Of a DNA stretch of 64,000 nucleotides, positions 1 through 10,180 are shown piece by piece (the stretch's first letter is position 1; each line of letters starts with the position of its first letter). The stretch is taken from the NCBI RefSeq assembly GCF_024223415.1, contig NZ_CP100500.1; one strand, 5' to 3'. The translations under genes were made by a program, and so were the position numbers. Origin of the DNA: Escherichia coli (GTDB lineage Bacteria > Pseudomonadota > Gammaproteobacteria > Enterobacterales > Enterobacteriaceae). The notes beneath the pieces are model-generated. The model was not told where the DNA came from, ran no database searches, and was given only the letters and a program-made list of their open reading frames with translations.

Positions 1-1235
<1,235 letters not shown>

Positions 1236-1260
1236 GTCTGACTTTATCTGATTTAAAAAT

Positions 1261-1286
1261 GCCAGCCTTCGGGCTGGCGTTTTTTA
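1261..1286. terminator. Rho-independent terminator hairpin between convergent eno and TPM gene (gccagcc-ttcg-ggctggc followed by T-run; A-run on the other side)
   Basis: Perfect 7-bp stem GCCAGCC/GGCTGGC with 4-nt loop, then GTTTTTT; flanked by AAAAAT upstream so it can act on both strands. Confidence 0.8.
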
Positions 1287-1294
1287 TGGTTGAG

Positions 1295-2200
1295 TTACCA
1301 GCGACCGGACGCGCCGCCACCTCCAGAAGAACCGCCACCGCCGCTAAACCCGCCGCCTGAGCCTCCGCCACTTGAGCCGCCACCGGAAGAGGATGAAGAA
1401 GAACCTTTTCTTGAAGCTCTTTCTTTACTGAGTTTTTTGTATTTGGCGCGTAGCTTTTTATTGACGATAAGCCAAAAAATAACCAGTGGTACGATCGCAA
1501 AAGGCGTTAACATACCGCAGGCAACGATTAAATTGGTCCATGGTCCTGGCTCGGCAACATAGAGGAATACCATCCCGTAAATGGCGCCAGTGAGAGTGAT
1601 CCAGGGTAAATTCGACGGATCGGTAAAAACAATAAAATATGAAAGTACCGCCAGCAATATAATTACAGCAAGCGATAATGGAATAGGGGGATTGATACTG
1701 TAATAATCCCCCCTGTCTTCCGGTAATTCACCATTCAACAGAAGCGCGCCGATATTTTCGCTTGCCAGTGTTAATCCACCCATCAGGTCATCACTTTTGA
1801 AGGCAGGGATCAATATATCCCTGATAATCTTCGCCGCTTGCAGGTCGGTAACCACCCCTTCCAGCCCGTAGCCAACCTCAATACGAACAGCATGATCCTC
1901 CCAGGCAACCAGAAGTAAAATACCATCGTTTCTCTGCTTATCTCCCAGTTTCCAGCTATCAAAAACCCTTGTAGCATATTGTTCAATGGAATCGTCTCCG
2001 GTAGACGGCACTACTAATACAGCGACCTGCGCCCGTGTTTTATGTGTAATATCCTGCAGTTGCTGTGTCAGTGATTGTTGTTCAGAAGTGCTTAACGTAC
2101 CAGTAATATCGGTCACCTGTTGGCGCAGTTCCGGCACAGCAATTTGCTGGGCAAGCCCAGGAAGACACCACAAAGTGAATAGAATAAAGATTAAGCGCAT
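1295..2200 (-). CDS. ygcG: TPM-domain (TLP18.3/Psb32/MOLO-1 family) membrane protein, paralog 1; signal peptide, TPM domain, hydrophobic segments, Gly/Ser-rich C-terminal tail ending SGRW
   Basis: ORF 1295-2212; likely ATG at 2200 (MRLIFILF... signal-like N-terminus); TPM-like core (VAVLVVPSTGDDSIEQYATRVFDSWKLG...GILLLVAWEDHAVRIEVGYGLEG); symbol assigned by position next to eno and is uncertain because three paralogs are present. Confidence 0.8.
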   Translation of the reverse strand: MRLIFILFTLWCLPGLAQQIAVPELRQQVTDITGTLSTSEQQSLTQQLQDITHKTRAQVAVLVVPSTGDDSIEQYATRVFDSWKLGDKQRNDGILLLVAWEDHAVRIEVGYGLEGVVTDLQAAKIIRDILIPAFKSDDLMGGLTLASENIGALLLNGELPEDRGDYYSINPPIPLSLAVIILLAVLSYFIVFTDPSNLPWITLTGAIYGMVFLYVAEPGPWTNLIVACGMLTPFAIVPLVIFWLIVNKKLRAKYKKLSKERASRKGSSSSSSGGGSSGGGSGGGFSGGGGSSGGGGASGRW

Positions 2201-2205
2201 TACGA

Positions 2206-3354
2206 TCACCAACGGCCGGATGAACCGCCGCCTCCTGAAGAACCGCCACCACCGCGGAAAGAATTTCTCGACGAAGAGCGAGAGTGAGCATTACGATTCC
2301 CCGTTTTCCTGTTGCTTTTTTCTCCTGATCCCAGCTTAAGATTGCCAGTAAATTTGGCCACAATGATCAGCAGAACGATGCCAGCAATGGTTATTGGACC
2401 GATAAAATGATCAATTAACCCAATAATTGTTGAGATGAATGCAATATCTTTATTACTGGCGAACACTAGGCACCATCCCACAATAATTATCAGCATCACG
2501 ACAAACAATGAATTTCGTCCTGATTCACGAACCTGCGGAGTCTTCTTTTGTTTTTTCACTTTAGCGTTTTTATTTTTTGGGGTCAGCATCATAGGAAATA
2601 CGCGGCACATATTAAAAACTACCGCGAGACGCTGCTTGCAGGTTGTTGCTAACAATAAACTAAAACAAACGACCGATACCCGCCGAATGATGACATCGTC
2701 CTGAAAGGAGAAAAACCAGACCATAGGGGTAATCATCGATATCATCCATATGCCACGCCGTGGGCGGCTGGCAAATCGCCAGAGGACAACGATGGCAACG
2801 ATCATCAGCAGTGTCCAGGCAAGACATGGCAGCGAACGTTGCGGATTAGCAAACAGATGATTGGCTAAAGCATCCAAAGGGCTAATGTTCGCTTTGATAT
2901 GGGTAAACTGTGCGATGCTTTCAATTCCGCCCGTTAATCCAGCAAAGAGATTGTTTTTTTCGAATTCTGGCTGCATATGGTAACGAACAATTTGCGCAGC
3001 TTGTTCCGGCGGCAACATCTGTTCCAGTCCATGTCCAATCTTCATTGACGCCAGCCCTTCCGGCCATACGACGAGAATTAAGATACCTTCGCCATATCGC
3101 TTCTCTCCAACGGGTTTCCAGTGATATACCCCGTATCTCTGCGAGGCTGCAAGTTTAATGTTTTTGCCCCCTGTGGTCGGCGTAACCAACACGGCCACCT
3201 GGAAGTGGTTTTGCTGCTCGAGAGTCTGTAATTGTTGAGTTAAAGCAGTTTGTTCTTCTGTCGTTAATGTCCCGGTTAAGTCAGTTACTGAAGGCCATTG
3301 TTCAGCGAATACCTGAAAACCGCATAGCATCAGAAGTAAGAGAAAAATACGCAT
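2206..3354 (-). CDS. TPM-domain membrane protein, paralog 2 (382 aa), with extra Lys-rich linker and additional hydrophobic segments; C-terminal GGGGSSGGGGSSGRW
   Basis: ORF with ATG at 3354; N-terminal signal-like MRIFLLLLMLCGFQVFA; TPM-like core (VAVLVTPTTGG...GILILVVWPEGLASMKIGHGLE); stop 5 nt upstream of paralog 1 start. Confidence 0.8.
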   Translation of the reverse strand: MRIFLLLLMLCGFQVFAEQWPSVTDLTGTLTTEEQTALTQQLQTLEQQNHFQVAVLVTPTTGGKNIKLAASQRYGVYHWKPVGEKRYGEGILILVVWPEGLASMKIGHGLEQMLPPEQAAQIVRYHMQPEFEKNNLFAGLTGGIESIAQFTHIKANISPLDALANHLFANPQRSLPCLAWTLLMIVAIVVLWRFASRPRRGIWMISMITPMVWFFSFQDDVIIRRVSVVCFSLLLATTCKQRLAVVFNMCRVFPMMLTPKNKNAKVKKQKKTPQVRESGRNSLFVVMLIIIVGWCLVFASNKDIAFISTIIGLIDHFIGPITIAGIVLLIIVAKFTGNLKLGSGEKSNRKTGNRNAHSRSSSRNSFRGGGGSSGGGGSSGRW

Positions 3355-3368
3355 ATCAATTCCTTTTG

Positions 3369-4262
3369 TTACCAGCGCCCGGAAGCGCCACCGCCACCAG
3401 ATGAACCGCCACCACCGCTGAAATTGTCATTGTTGAATGAAGAGGATGACGATGATGAATAGTGGGAGGAAGAATTGCTTCTTGTATGGCGTGATGGCTG
3501 GTTGACATCACGCATCAAATCCCGAACTTTTTTGCCGAAGGGGGTAAAAGCGATGGCGACAGCCAGGAACGGTGTGGCGAAGCAGAGTAATGTTGCGAGT
3601 ACTCCCCAGCTTCCGCTGAAGCCTGCTATAGGTAAAACAAAGGCCAGTACAATAGCTGCGAAGCAAATTACTCCCAGCGTTTTGATATATCCTCTGGCAG
3701 AAATAAACGTCAGTACTATCGCCCAGACTAACAATGCCCACCAACCGCTAAAGGGCAAAGGGTGATCGGTCGGTGTTATCGTTGCTAAATTATTCCCCGT
3801 AAGACGACTTTCAATATCGCTGATCCCCTTTTGTAAACCGCCAGCTAGGTCGCCTTTTTTAAATGCAGGAATAATACTGTTGCGAATAATTTTCCTGGAC
3901 TGTGCATCCGTAATAATACCTTCCAGCCCGTAACCGATTTCAATACGCACGGTATGATCCTGCCAGGCGACTAACAGTAGAACGCCATCATCACGGTCTT
4001 TATCACCCGGTTTCCAGCTATCGAATACCCGCGTTGCGTACTGCTCGATGGTTTCATCGCCTGTTGTTTCAACCACTAACACGACCAGTTGTGCGTGGCT
4101 TTTTTGCGTCAGGGCTTTAATCTGGTTGGTCAGGGTGTTTACTTCGCTGTTTGTTAATGTGCCCGTTAAGTCATTCACATACTTGGGTGATTCAGGTACT
4201 GGAATTTGTGTGGCAAACACAGATGAACAGAAGAAAGCCATAAGGAAGATAAAATTTCGCAT
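3369..4262 (-). CDS. TPM-domain membrane protein, paralog 3; C-terminal GGGGSSGGGGASGRW
   Basis: ORF 3369-4292; preferred ATG at 4262 (MRNFIFLMAFFCSSVFA signal-like, GGGGAAG RBS upstream); TPM core nearly identical to paralog 1 (YATRVFDSWKPGDKDRDDGVLLLVAWQDHTVRIEIGYGLEG). Confidence 0.8.
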   Translation of the reverse strand: MRNFIFLMAFFCSSVFATQIPVPESPKYVNDLTGTLTNSEVNTLTNQIKALTQKSHAQLVVLVVETTGDETIEQYATRVFDSWKPGDKDRDDGVLLLVAWQDHTVRIEIGYGLEGIITDAQSRKIIRNSIIPAFKKGDLAGGLQKGISDIESRLTGNNLATITPTDHPLPFSGWWALLVWAIVLTFISARGYIKTLGVICFAAIVLAFVLPIAGFSGSWGVLATLLCFATPFLAVAIAFTPFGKKVRDLMRDVNQPSRHTRSNSSSHYSSSSSSSFNNDNFSGGGGSSGGGGASGRW

Positions 4263-4275
4263 AGAACTTCCCCGC

Positions 4276-4878
4276 TTAATGAGCATTAGCATTCTGGCTA
4301 AAATCTATTGTTGGGGCTTTACTTACTGCGGCGACATCATCCGGCAAATAATTTTTCTTTGGTGTGTAATCCATGACCTTTGCGGTTAACACAGCGGGGA
4401 ATTTGCGGATAGTGACATTATATTGTTCAATGGCTTTAATATATCTTCCTCGCGCAACGGCAATCCGATTTTCACTTCCTTCAAGCTGTACCATTAAATT
4501 TTGATAGAGTTCCTGAGATTTTAACTCAGGGTAACGCTCACTAATTATCGTTAACTGACCGAGAGTGCGAGTCACCTGCGCTTGAGCCTGTTGCCAGGCT
4601 TGTAATTTTTGTTCATCTCCCGGAGTTTGCTGAAGATCGCTACTGGCGCGATTAGCCTGGCTACGAGCCAATGTTACGGCTTCCAGTACATCTCGTTCAT
4701 GGCTGGAATAACCTTTAATGCTGGCGACAAGATTAGGAATAAGATCGGCGCGACGTTGATATTGATTCAATACCTCAGACCAGGAGGCGTTAACCTGCTC
4801 ATCATAGGTTTGAATATCGTTATATCCACAGCCTGATAAATTGAAAATAAATATAATTACGATGAATATTCTGAGCAT
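4276..4878 (-). CDS. lemA: LemA-family lipoprotein (lipobox LSGC near N-terminus)
   Basis: 200-aa ORF with LemA-like motifs (NASWSEVLNQYQRRADLIPNLV, ERYPELK); first gene of the lemA-TPM-TPM-TPM co-directional cluster. Confidence 0.8.
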   Translation of the reverse strand: MLRIFIVIIFIFNLSGCGYNDIQTYDEQVNASWSEVLNQYQRRADLIPNLVASIKGYSSHERDVLEAVTLARSQANRASSDLQQTPGDEQKLQAWQQAQAQVTRTLGQLTIISERYPELKSQELYQNLMVQLEGSENRIAVARGRYIKAIEQYNVTIRKFPAVLTAKVMDYTPKKNYLPDDVAAVSKAPTIDFSQNANAH

Positions 4879-5050
4879 GTTTAAATCCCTTTTAATTAAT
4901 TCCTTAAAACATAATACTCTGCTTCATTTTATTCTTTATGATCTAATCCACTTTTTGCCATAAACCTGCCTGTAACAGAATGTTAATAAGACATGATTGT
5001 TGTGGCAGGATCTGCAATAATTAACAATTATCCACTTCACAGAGAATGCT

Positions 5051-5722
5051 ATGCAGTACCCGATTAACGAGATGTTCCAGACCCTGCAAGGTGAGGGTTA
5101 CTTTACCGGCGTCCCCGCCATTTTTATTCGTTTACAGGGATGCCCGGTTGGCTGTGCCTGGTGCGACACCAAACACACCTGGGAAAAGCTTGAGGATCGG
5201 GAAGTCTCCCTTTTCAGCATTCTGGCGAAGACCAAAGAGAGTGATAAGTGGGGGGCGGCGAGCAGTGAAGATTTGCTGGCTGTCATTGGTCGCCAGGGAT
5301 ACACCGCGCGGCATGTGGTGATTACGGGTGGTGAGCCTTGCATTCATGATTTGCTACCACTGACAGATCTGCTCGAAAAGAACGGTTTTAGCTGCCAGAT
5401 CGAAACCAGTGGTACTCATGAGGTACGCTGCACACCGAATACCTGGGTTACCGTATCACCAAAGCTGAACATGCGCGGCGGCTATGAAGTGTTGTCACAG
5501 GCACTGGAGCGAGCCAACGAAATCAAGCATCCAGTGGGACGCGTACGTGATATTGAAGCACTGGATGAACTTTTGGCGACGCTGACCGATGATAAACCGC
5601 GAGTCATTGCACTGCAGCCGATTAGCCAAAAGGATGATGCCACACGTTTGTGCATTGAAACCTGCATTGCGCGTAATTGGCGTTTGTCGATGCAAACCCA
5701 TAAATATTTAAATATTGCCTGA
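5051..5722 (+). CDS. queE: 7-carboxy-7-deazaguanine synthase (radical SAM, queuosine biosynthesis)
   Basis: 223-aa ORF; CxxxCxxC-type cluster motif (GCPVGCAWCDT) and overall match to QueE/YgcF. Confidence 0.93.
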   Translation: MQYPINEMFQTLQGEGYFTGVPAIFIRLQGCPVGCAWCDTKHTWEKLEDREVSLFSILAKTKESDKWGAASSEDLLAVIGRQGYTARHVVITGGEPCIHDLLPLTDLLEKNGFSCQIETSGTHEVRCTPNTWVTVSPKLNMRGGYEVLSQALERANEIKHPVGRVRDIEALDELLATLTDDKPRVIALQPISQKDDATRLCIETCIARNWRLSMQTHKYLNIA

Positions 5723-5899
5723 TTAAACATTTATAAGCGTTATAAATGGGTGGAAACTGTAAAGACTTCTACTCATTTATATTCTTTGTCGTCTCTGAAA
5801 AACCTCCATTTTGCCCATCCTGAACTAATCATTATCATTCTCTACAAATTCTGTGGCGTTAATTTTTCGCTGGAGTGAAAACTATTGCGGTAAAGTTTG

Positions 5900-6059
5900 G
5901 TAGATTTTAGTTTGTATAGAGTTATTTTAAATATTTACCTTTTTAATCAATGGGTTAAGTGCTCTTTAACATGATGGATGTGTTGTTTGTGTGATACTGT
6001 AAAGTTGGTAGATTGTGACTGGCTTAAAAAATCATTAATTAATAATAGGTTATGTTTAG
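5900..6059 (+). promoter_or_regulatory. CRISPR leader (AT-rich) for array at 6060-6759
   Basis: AT-rich sequence ending ...taggttatgtttaga immediately 5' of first repeat; resembles the E. coli I-E leader as I recall it; boundaries approximate. Confidence 0.7.
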
Positions 6060-6759
6060 AGAGTTCCCCGCGCTAGCGGGGATAAACCGGCTGGATACCG
6101 ATCAATTCAATATCGTTTTACGAGTTCCCCGCGCTAGCGGGGATAAACCGGAATACCGATTCATAACGGCGGAAATGTGGATGAGTTCCCCGCGCTAGCG
6201 GGGATAAACCGGTTAATGATGTCAGTGGCGGTTTTCGTATCGCGAGTTCCCCGCGCTAGCGGGGATAAACCGAGTGAGGCAATCAAATGACCCGCCCGCA
6301 ATTAGAGTTCCCCGCGCCAGCGGGGATAAACCGTAAATCCCTCGCGCATCGAGTCAAATGTCGGAGAGTTCCCCGCGCCAGCGGGGATAAACCGGTCGCT
6401 GGAACGGGGCGAATAAAGAGGGGCTCGAGTTCCCCGCGCCAGCGGGGATAAACCGACAGCTCTTTCCCGTCGTTATCCAGTTGGTAAGAGTTCCCCGCGC
6501 CAGCGGGGATAAACCATATGATTCACGAATTACAGGAAACCAGCCGCCGAGTTCCCCGCGTCAGCGGGGGTAAACCGCTATCGGGGTGATTCTGCCAATG
6601 CTCAGAGTGGTGTTCCCCGCGCCAGCGGGGATAAACCGAGCGTTTGCTCCGGGTGGAATAACCCTGGCGGGTGTTCCCCGCTCCAGCGGGGATAAACCGT
6701 TTGCTGGAACCCAAAACTCAGCGCACAGGTTGTGTTCCCCGCGCCAGCGGGGATAAACC
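6060..6759 (+). CRISPR. Type I-E CRISPR array, 12 repeats of 29 bp with 11 spacers of 32 bp (61-bp period)
   Basis: Repeats GAGTTCCCCGCGC[T/C]AGCGGGGATAAACCG at 6060, 6121, 6182, 6243, 6304, 6365, 6426, 6487, 6548, 6609, 6670, 6731; distal repeats degenerate (GTG..., last base A). Confidence 0.98.
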
Positions 6760-7214
6760 ACCATATAACCCGTTATCTCTTTCTCAAGTTTTTATATTAG
6801 CTGTACTTGTAATAAGCAACATATCCACGTAACACCTCATGTTCAAAATAGTTCCCCATGCCAGATAAGTTCACAATTATCGATACAAAAAATTAAATTT
6901 AATCAAAGTGTTATTTGTATAATTCTTAAGCCGTTAAGAAATTTTAATCTATTATTTTTTTAATATTAATTAATGCCTGTTAATTTTTTCTTTAGTATAA
7001 CAGTGTATTTTTTAAGCTTGTTATTCATTGATTAAGTAATAAATCTGGAAATTTGTCTTTGTTTTGAGGCTAATGAGTGGTTTTACATAACCGCCTCTAT
7101 ACGCTGTTGATGAATAGTTCTTATGAATAAAGATATCCAGTTCATACTTTAAGTGAAAATTGATAAAGTGCGATTCGTATTGTCTTTTATTCTAAAGACA
7201 TCGAGTGTAGTTAA

Positions 7215-7352
7215 TATTCCTTGTAAAAACAGGGATAAACCGAACTAGTTAAAGTTTTTATTATGTTCCCTGCATCAGCGGGGATAAACCGGACTTGTTA
7301 TCATTTTTTAAGTTGTCGAACTTATGTTCCCCGCGCCAGCGGGGATAACCAT
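7215..7352 (+). CRISPR. Degenerate CRISPR remnant (2-3 decayed repeats, one 32-bp spacer) preceded by AT-rich leader-like region
   Basis: Repeat-like atgttccctgcatcagcggggataaaccg at 7263-7291 and atgttccccgcgccagcggggataacc at 7324-7350; partial cagggataaaccg at 7231-7243. Confidence 0.75.
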
Positions 7353-7397
7353 TCAGGTATGTTCAGGCCGGGCAGTTTCCCGCCCGGTCTTCCTCAC

Positions 7398-8876
7398 TTA
7401 CGCATTCGACCAGCTCTGGATCGAATCCGCATTCCCCAATTCCCCATGCATCACTTCATACGATTTTTTCAGGATCACATCAGTATGTTTGGTTAGGTCT
7501 TTGAAAATGCCTTTATTCATCGCGTCGTAGCGTTTGGCATTGCTCTCAATCGGTATAAAGATATCTTTCACGCGAACCATTTTATCGACAGCCGTTGCGT
7601 AATCCGGGTATAGCCCCAGACCTACCGCTGTATTAATCGCTGCCCCCAGGCTTGCACAACCGTTAATGGCGTTACGGCGTGCCGGAAGGTTGAACACGTC
7701 GGCAAAAATCTGCATAAACAGATCGCTGTTCGAACCGCCGCCAGTAATGATCACATGCTTTGCAAAGTGATTCATTTCATTACACATATTGTCGTAATTG
7801 TTCTTCAGCGTCAGCGCCACGCTTTCCAGTATAGAACGATATATCCATGCGTAATCCATGCTGGAATCAAAGCCGATCATAATCCCACGTTTGTAGGGTT
7901 CCCACGGGTTGGTCAGCCAGTCCAGCACCGTCATCAGACCATTACAGCCAGGCGGCACACAAGAAGCTTTTTTGTTGAGCAAATCTTCCGGTGAAAGATC
8001 CTGTGCTTTGGCATCCTGAATTAACGACTCGCCTAGCATGTCGCGCAGCCAGCTCACCGTCCACATGCCTTTACGGATACCGTAACCTTCATACAGCAAT
8101 GTTTGCGGAATAGAAGACATAATCGGCCAGTACGCCACCGGATCTTTCGGCAGTGCTTTGCCGTTCATCATCAATGCGATGTAAGTGCCAAGAGAAATTA
8201 CCGCCGTTTCATCATCCAGTAATCCGGCCCCCAGAGCTTCTACCGGTTTATCACTGGTGGTACAAACAACCGGCAGTCCTGCCGGGAAATGTGTCGCCAG
8301 TGCGGCTTGTGGTGTGATATGTCCGAGGACGGTGCCAGGCATTTGCACATCAAACAGCATATGACGGGGGATATTAAACTTATCCATTACCGCAGCATCT
8401 TCACTCCATGCCCAGCTCTTATAATCCACCGGCCACTGACCAAAATAGTTGGAGATATTGTCTTTAAACTCGCCGGTTAAGCGATGCGTCAGATAACCCG
8501 AAAAAGAGGTGACATAGGCCACGTCAGGATTAGTGTGTTCGTAGGGACGCGTTACGCGTGCATCCTGCCAGCTAATCAATGGCGCAGCTGGCGTGCCATC
8601 GGCTTTCAATAACGCACGGCAGCAACGGATGGATCCCAGACCAATACCGACAATATCTTCTTTATTCCCGGCAAACTGACTCATCAAATCGTGACCGGCA
8701 AAACATAATGATGCCCATAAATCGTCGTCAGGATGTTCTGCGGTATCGGCATCTGGCGTGTGCATCGGCTGCAATAAGCCTTTACCTTCGCAAACCACAT
8801 TACCTTCCAGATCGTACATCACCACTTTTGTGCTCTGACTTCCGCCATCAATCCCTATGATGTATTTTTTCGACAT
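7398..8876 (-). CDS. ygcE: FGGY-family carbohydrate kinase
   Basis: 492-aa ORF; FGGY kinase N-terminus (YIIGIDGGSQSTKVVMYD) and position next to CRISPR array as in K-12. Confidence 0.9.
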   Translation of the reverse strand: MSKKYIIGIDGGSQSTKVVMYDLEGNVVCEGKGLLQPMHTPDADTAEHPDDDLWASLCFAGHDLMSQFAGNKEDIVGIGLGSIRCCRALLKADGTPAAPLISWQDARVTRPYEHTNPDVAYVTSFSGYLTHRLTGEFKDNISNYFGQWPVDYKSWAWSEDAAVMDKFNIPRHMLFDVQMPGTVLGHITPQAALATHFPAGLPVVCTTSDKPVEALGAGLLDDETAVISLGTYIALMMNGKALPKDPVAYWPIMSSIPQTLLYEGYGIRKGMWTVSWLRDMLGESLIQDAKAQDLSPEDLLNKKASCVPPGCNGLMTVLDWLTNPWEPYKRGIMIGFDSSMDYAWIYRSILESVALTLKNNYDNMCNEMNHFAKHVIITGGGSNSDLFMQIFADVFNLPARRNAINGCASLGAAINTAVGLGLYPDYATAVDKMVRVKDIFIPIESNAKRYDAMNKGIFKDLTKHTDVILKKSYEVMHGELGNADSIQSWSNA

Positions 8877-8902
8877 GATTTTTCTCCTGTAATTTTCCTG
8901 GC

Positions 8903-10180
8903 TTACTTGCTGCTAGCTATTGCGGGGGCGCTATCAGCAGTACGAATTTTTTGGAACAGCAAAAAGGTAAAGACAATCACCATGGCAAGCGCCGCCATGC
9001 CCATCAGCCACATATTGCGGTAGGCTTCTGCTGCGGGCAGGGTGTCTTGCCAGTGGCCGATAATGGGGTAAACGAAGACATCCGGCAGGAATCCAATCAC
9101 CGAACAAATACCTACCGTGGTGCCCATAATGTAAGACGGTGTTCTCGCTTCGCCAGGGCAGGCCCAGTACAGCCCGCGTGAGGCGTAACAGGTGAATCCC
9201 AGCAGTAAAATCAGGCCAATCCCCATCGCGACCGATTGCGGGTTAGAGTTCGTGACGAGCAGGGCAGTCAGTGCCAGCAGGCCGATGATGGAAAGGATTT
9301 GAATCACGCGGGTAGGGGATTTCACTTTGCTGTAGGTGGTGATTATGCCGCCAAGTGGGCCGCACAGCGCGCGGAATATTTTGTTGATCACAATCCCCAT
9401 GTAGCTCGCCGCCACCAGCGACATGCCGTACATTTCGGTCAGATAGTTGGTGGAGTAACTCAGAATGGCGTAGATGGTGAAGACACCAAAAATCACCATG
9501 CTGCAATACCAGGTGGTGCTGATGCGCAAAACGGCCAGGATGTCGCTAAGCTGGAATGATTGTTTTTCTTCGTTATTGGCACTGCGCAGGTTGTTGTTAT
9601 CGCTAACAAAAAACCAGCACAGAATCCCCAACAAGATGTAAACCACACTGTAGATGATAATGACCGTTTTCAGGCTGGCGCTGTCATCCGGTGCAAAGCG
9701 AGAAAAAACCCACATGGTAAACACTGCCAGCGACATTACACCGACGCCGCGCAGCCCTTCCATCCAGCCCATAATTTTCCCTTGCTCGCTATGATCGCCA
9801 AGCAACGATGCGGCTTTAATCGACACCGACCACAGCATTAAAATCGTTGTTATCGCAAAGGCGACCTGAATACAGAGCATTACCCACAGCGGTGGATACG
9901 TTGCCATTAACAGACCCAGTAATCCGGTAATGATCATCGCGGAAGTAATCATTTTGCGGTGTGAAAATTTATCGGCAATAACGCCGCTGGGGGCATAAAG
10001 AATAATAGCCGCAATACCAAAGGTACTCATTATTAAACCTATCTCGGTATTGCTGAATCCCATAAATTTCGCCATGGGAATTTGATAAATATAACGTAAA
10101 TAAGCCAGGTCGAAACTAACGCCGCCGCTAAAACTAATTATCGCGAGGGTTATCCAACGGCGATATGAGTTGTGTTGCAT
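8903..10180 (-). CDS. yqcE: MFS-family transporter
   Basis: 425-aa ORF with ~12 hydrophobic segments; gene order matches K-12 yqcE. Confidence 0.85.
   Translation of the reverse strand: MQHNSYRRWITLAIISFSGGVSFDLAYLRYIYQIPMAKFMGFSNTEIGLIMSTFGIAAIILYAPSGVIADKFSHRKMITSAMIITGLLGLLMATYPPLWVMLCIQVAFAITTILMLWSVSIKAASLLGDHSEQGKIMGWMEGLRGVGVMSLAVFTMWVFSRFAPDDSASLKTVIIIYSVVYILLGILCWFFVSDNNNLRSANNEEKQSFQLSDILAVLRISTTWYCSMVIFGVFTIYAILSYSTNYLTEMYGMSLVAASYMGIVINKIFRALCGPLGGIITTYSKVKSPTRVIQILSIIGLLALTALLVTNSNPQSVAMGIGLILLLGFTCYASRGLYWACPGEARTPSYIMGTTVGICSVIGFLPDVFVYPIIGHWQDTLPAAEAYRNMWLMGMAALAMVIVFTFLLFQKIRTADSAPAIASSK

Noticed and set aside
1290-1562. Plus-strand ORF encoding a Pro/Glu-rich 90-aa peptide (PPPPEEPPPP...)
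   Set aside because: It is the antisense shadow of the Gly/Ser-rich tail of the TPM gene on the minus strand and overlaps the eno terminator; no independent support.
6523-6764. Minus-strand ORFs of 63-67 aa with repetitive ...YPRWRGEH... translations
   Set aside because: They are translations of CRISPR repeats (period 61 bp, not a multiple of 3) read through the array; no RBS; artefacts of the repeat structure.
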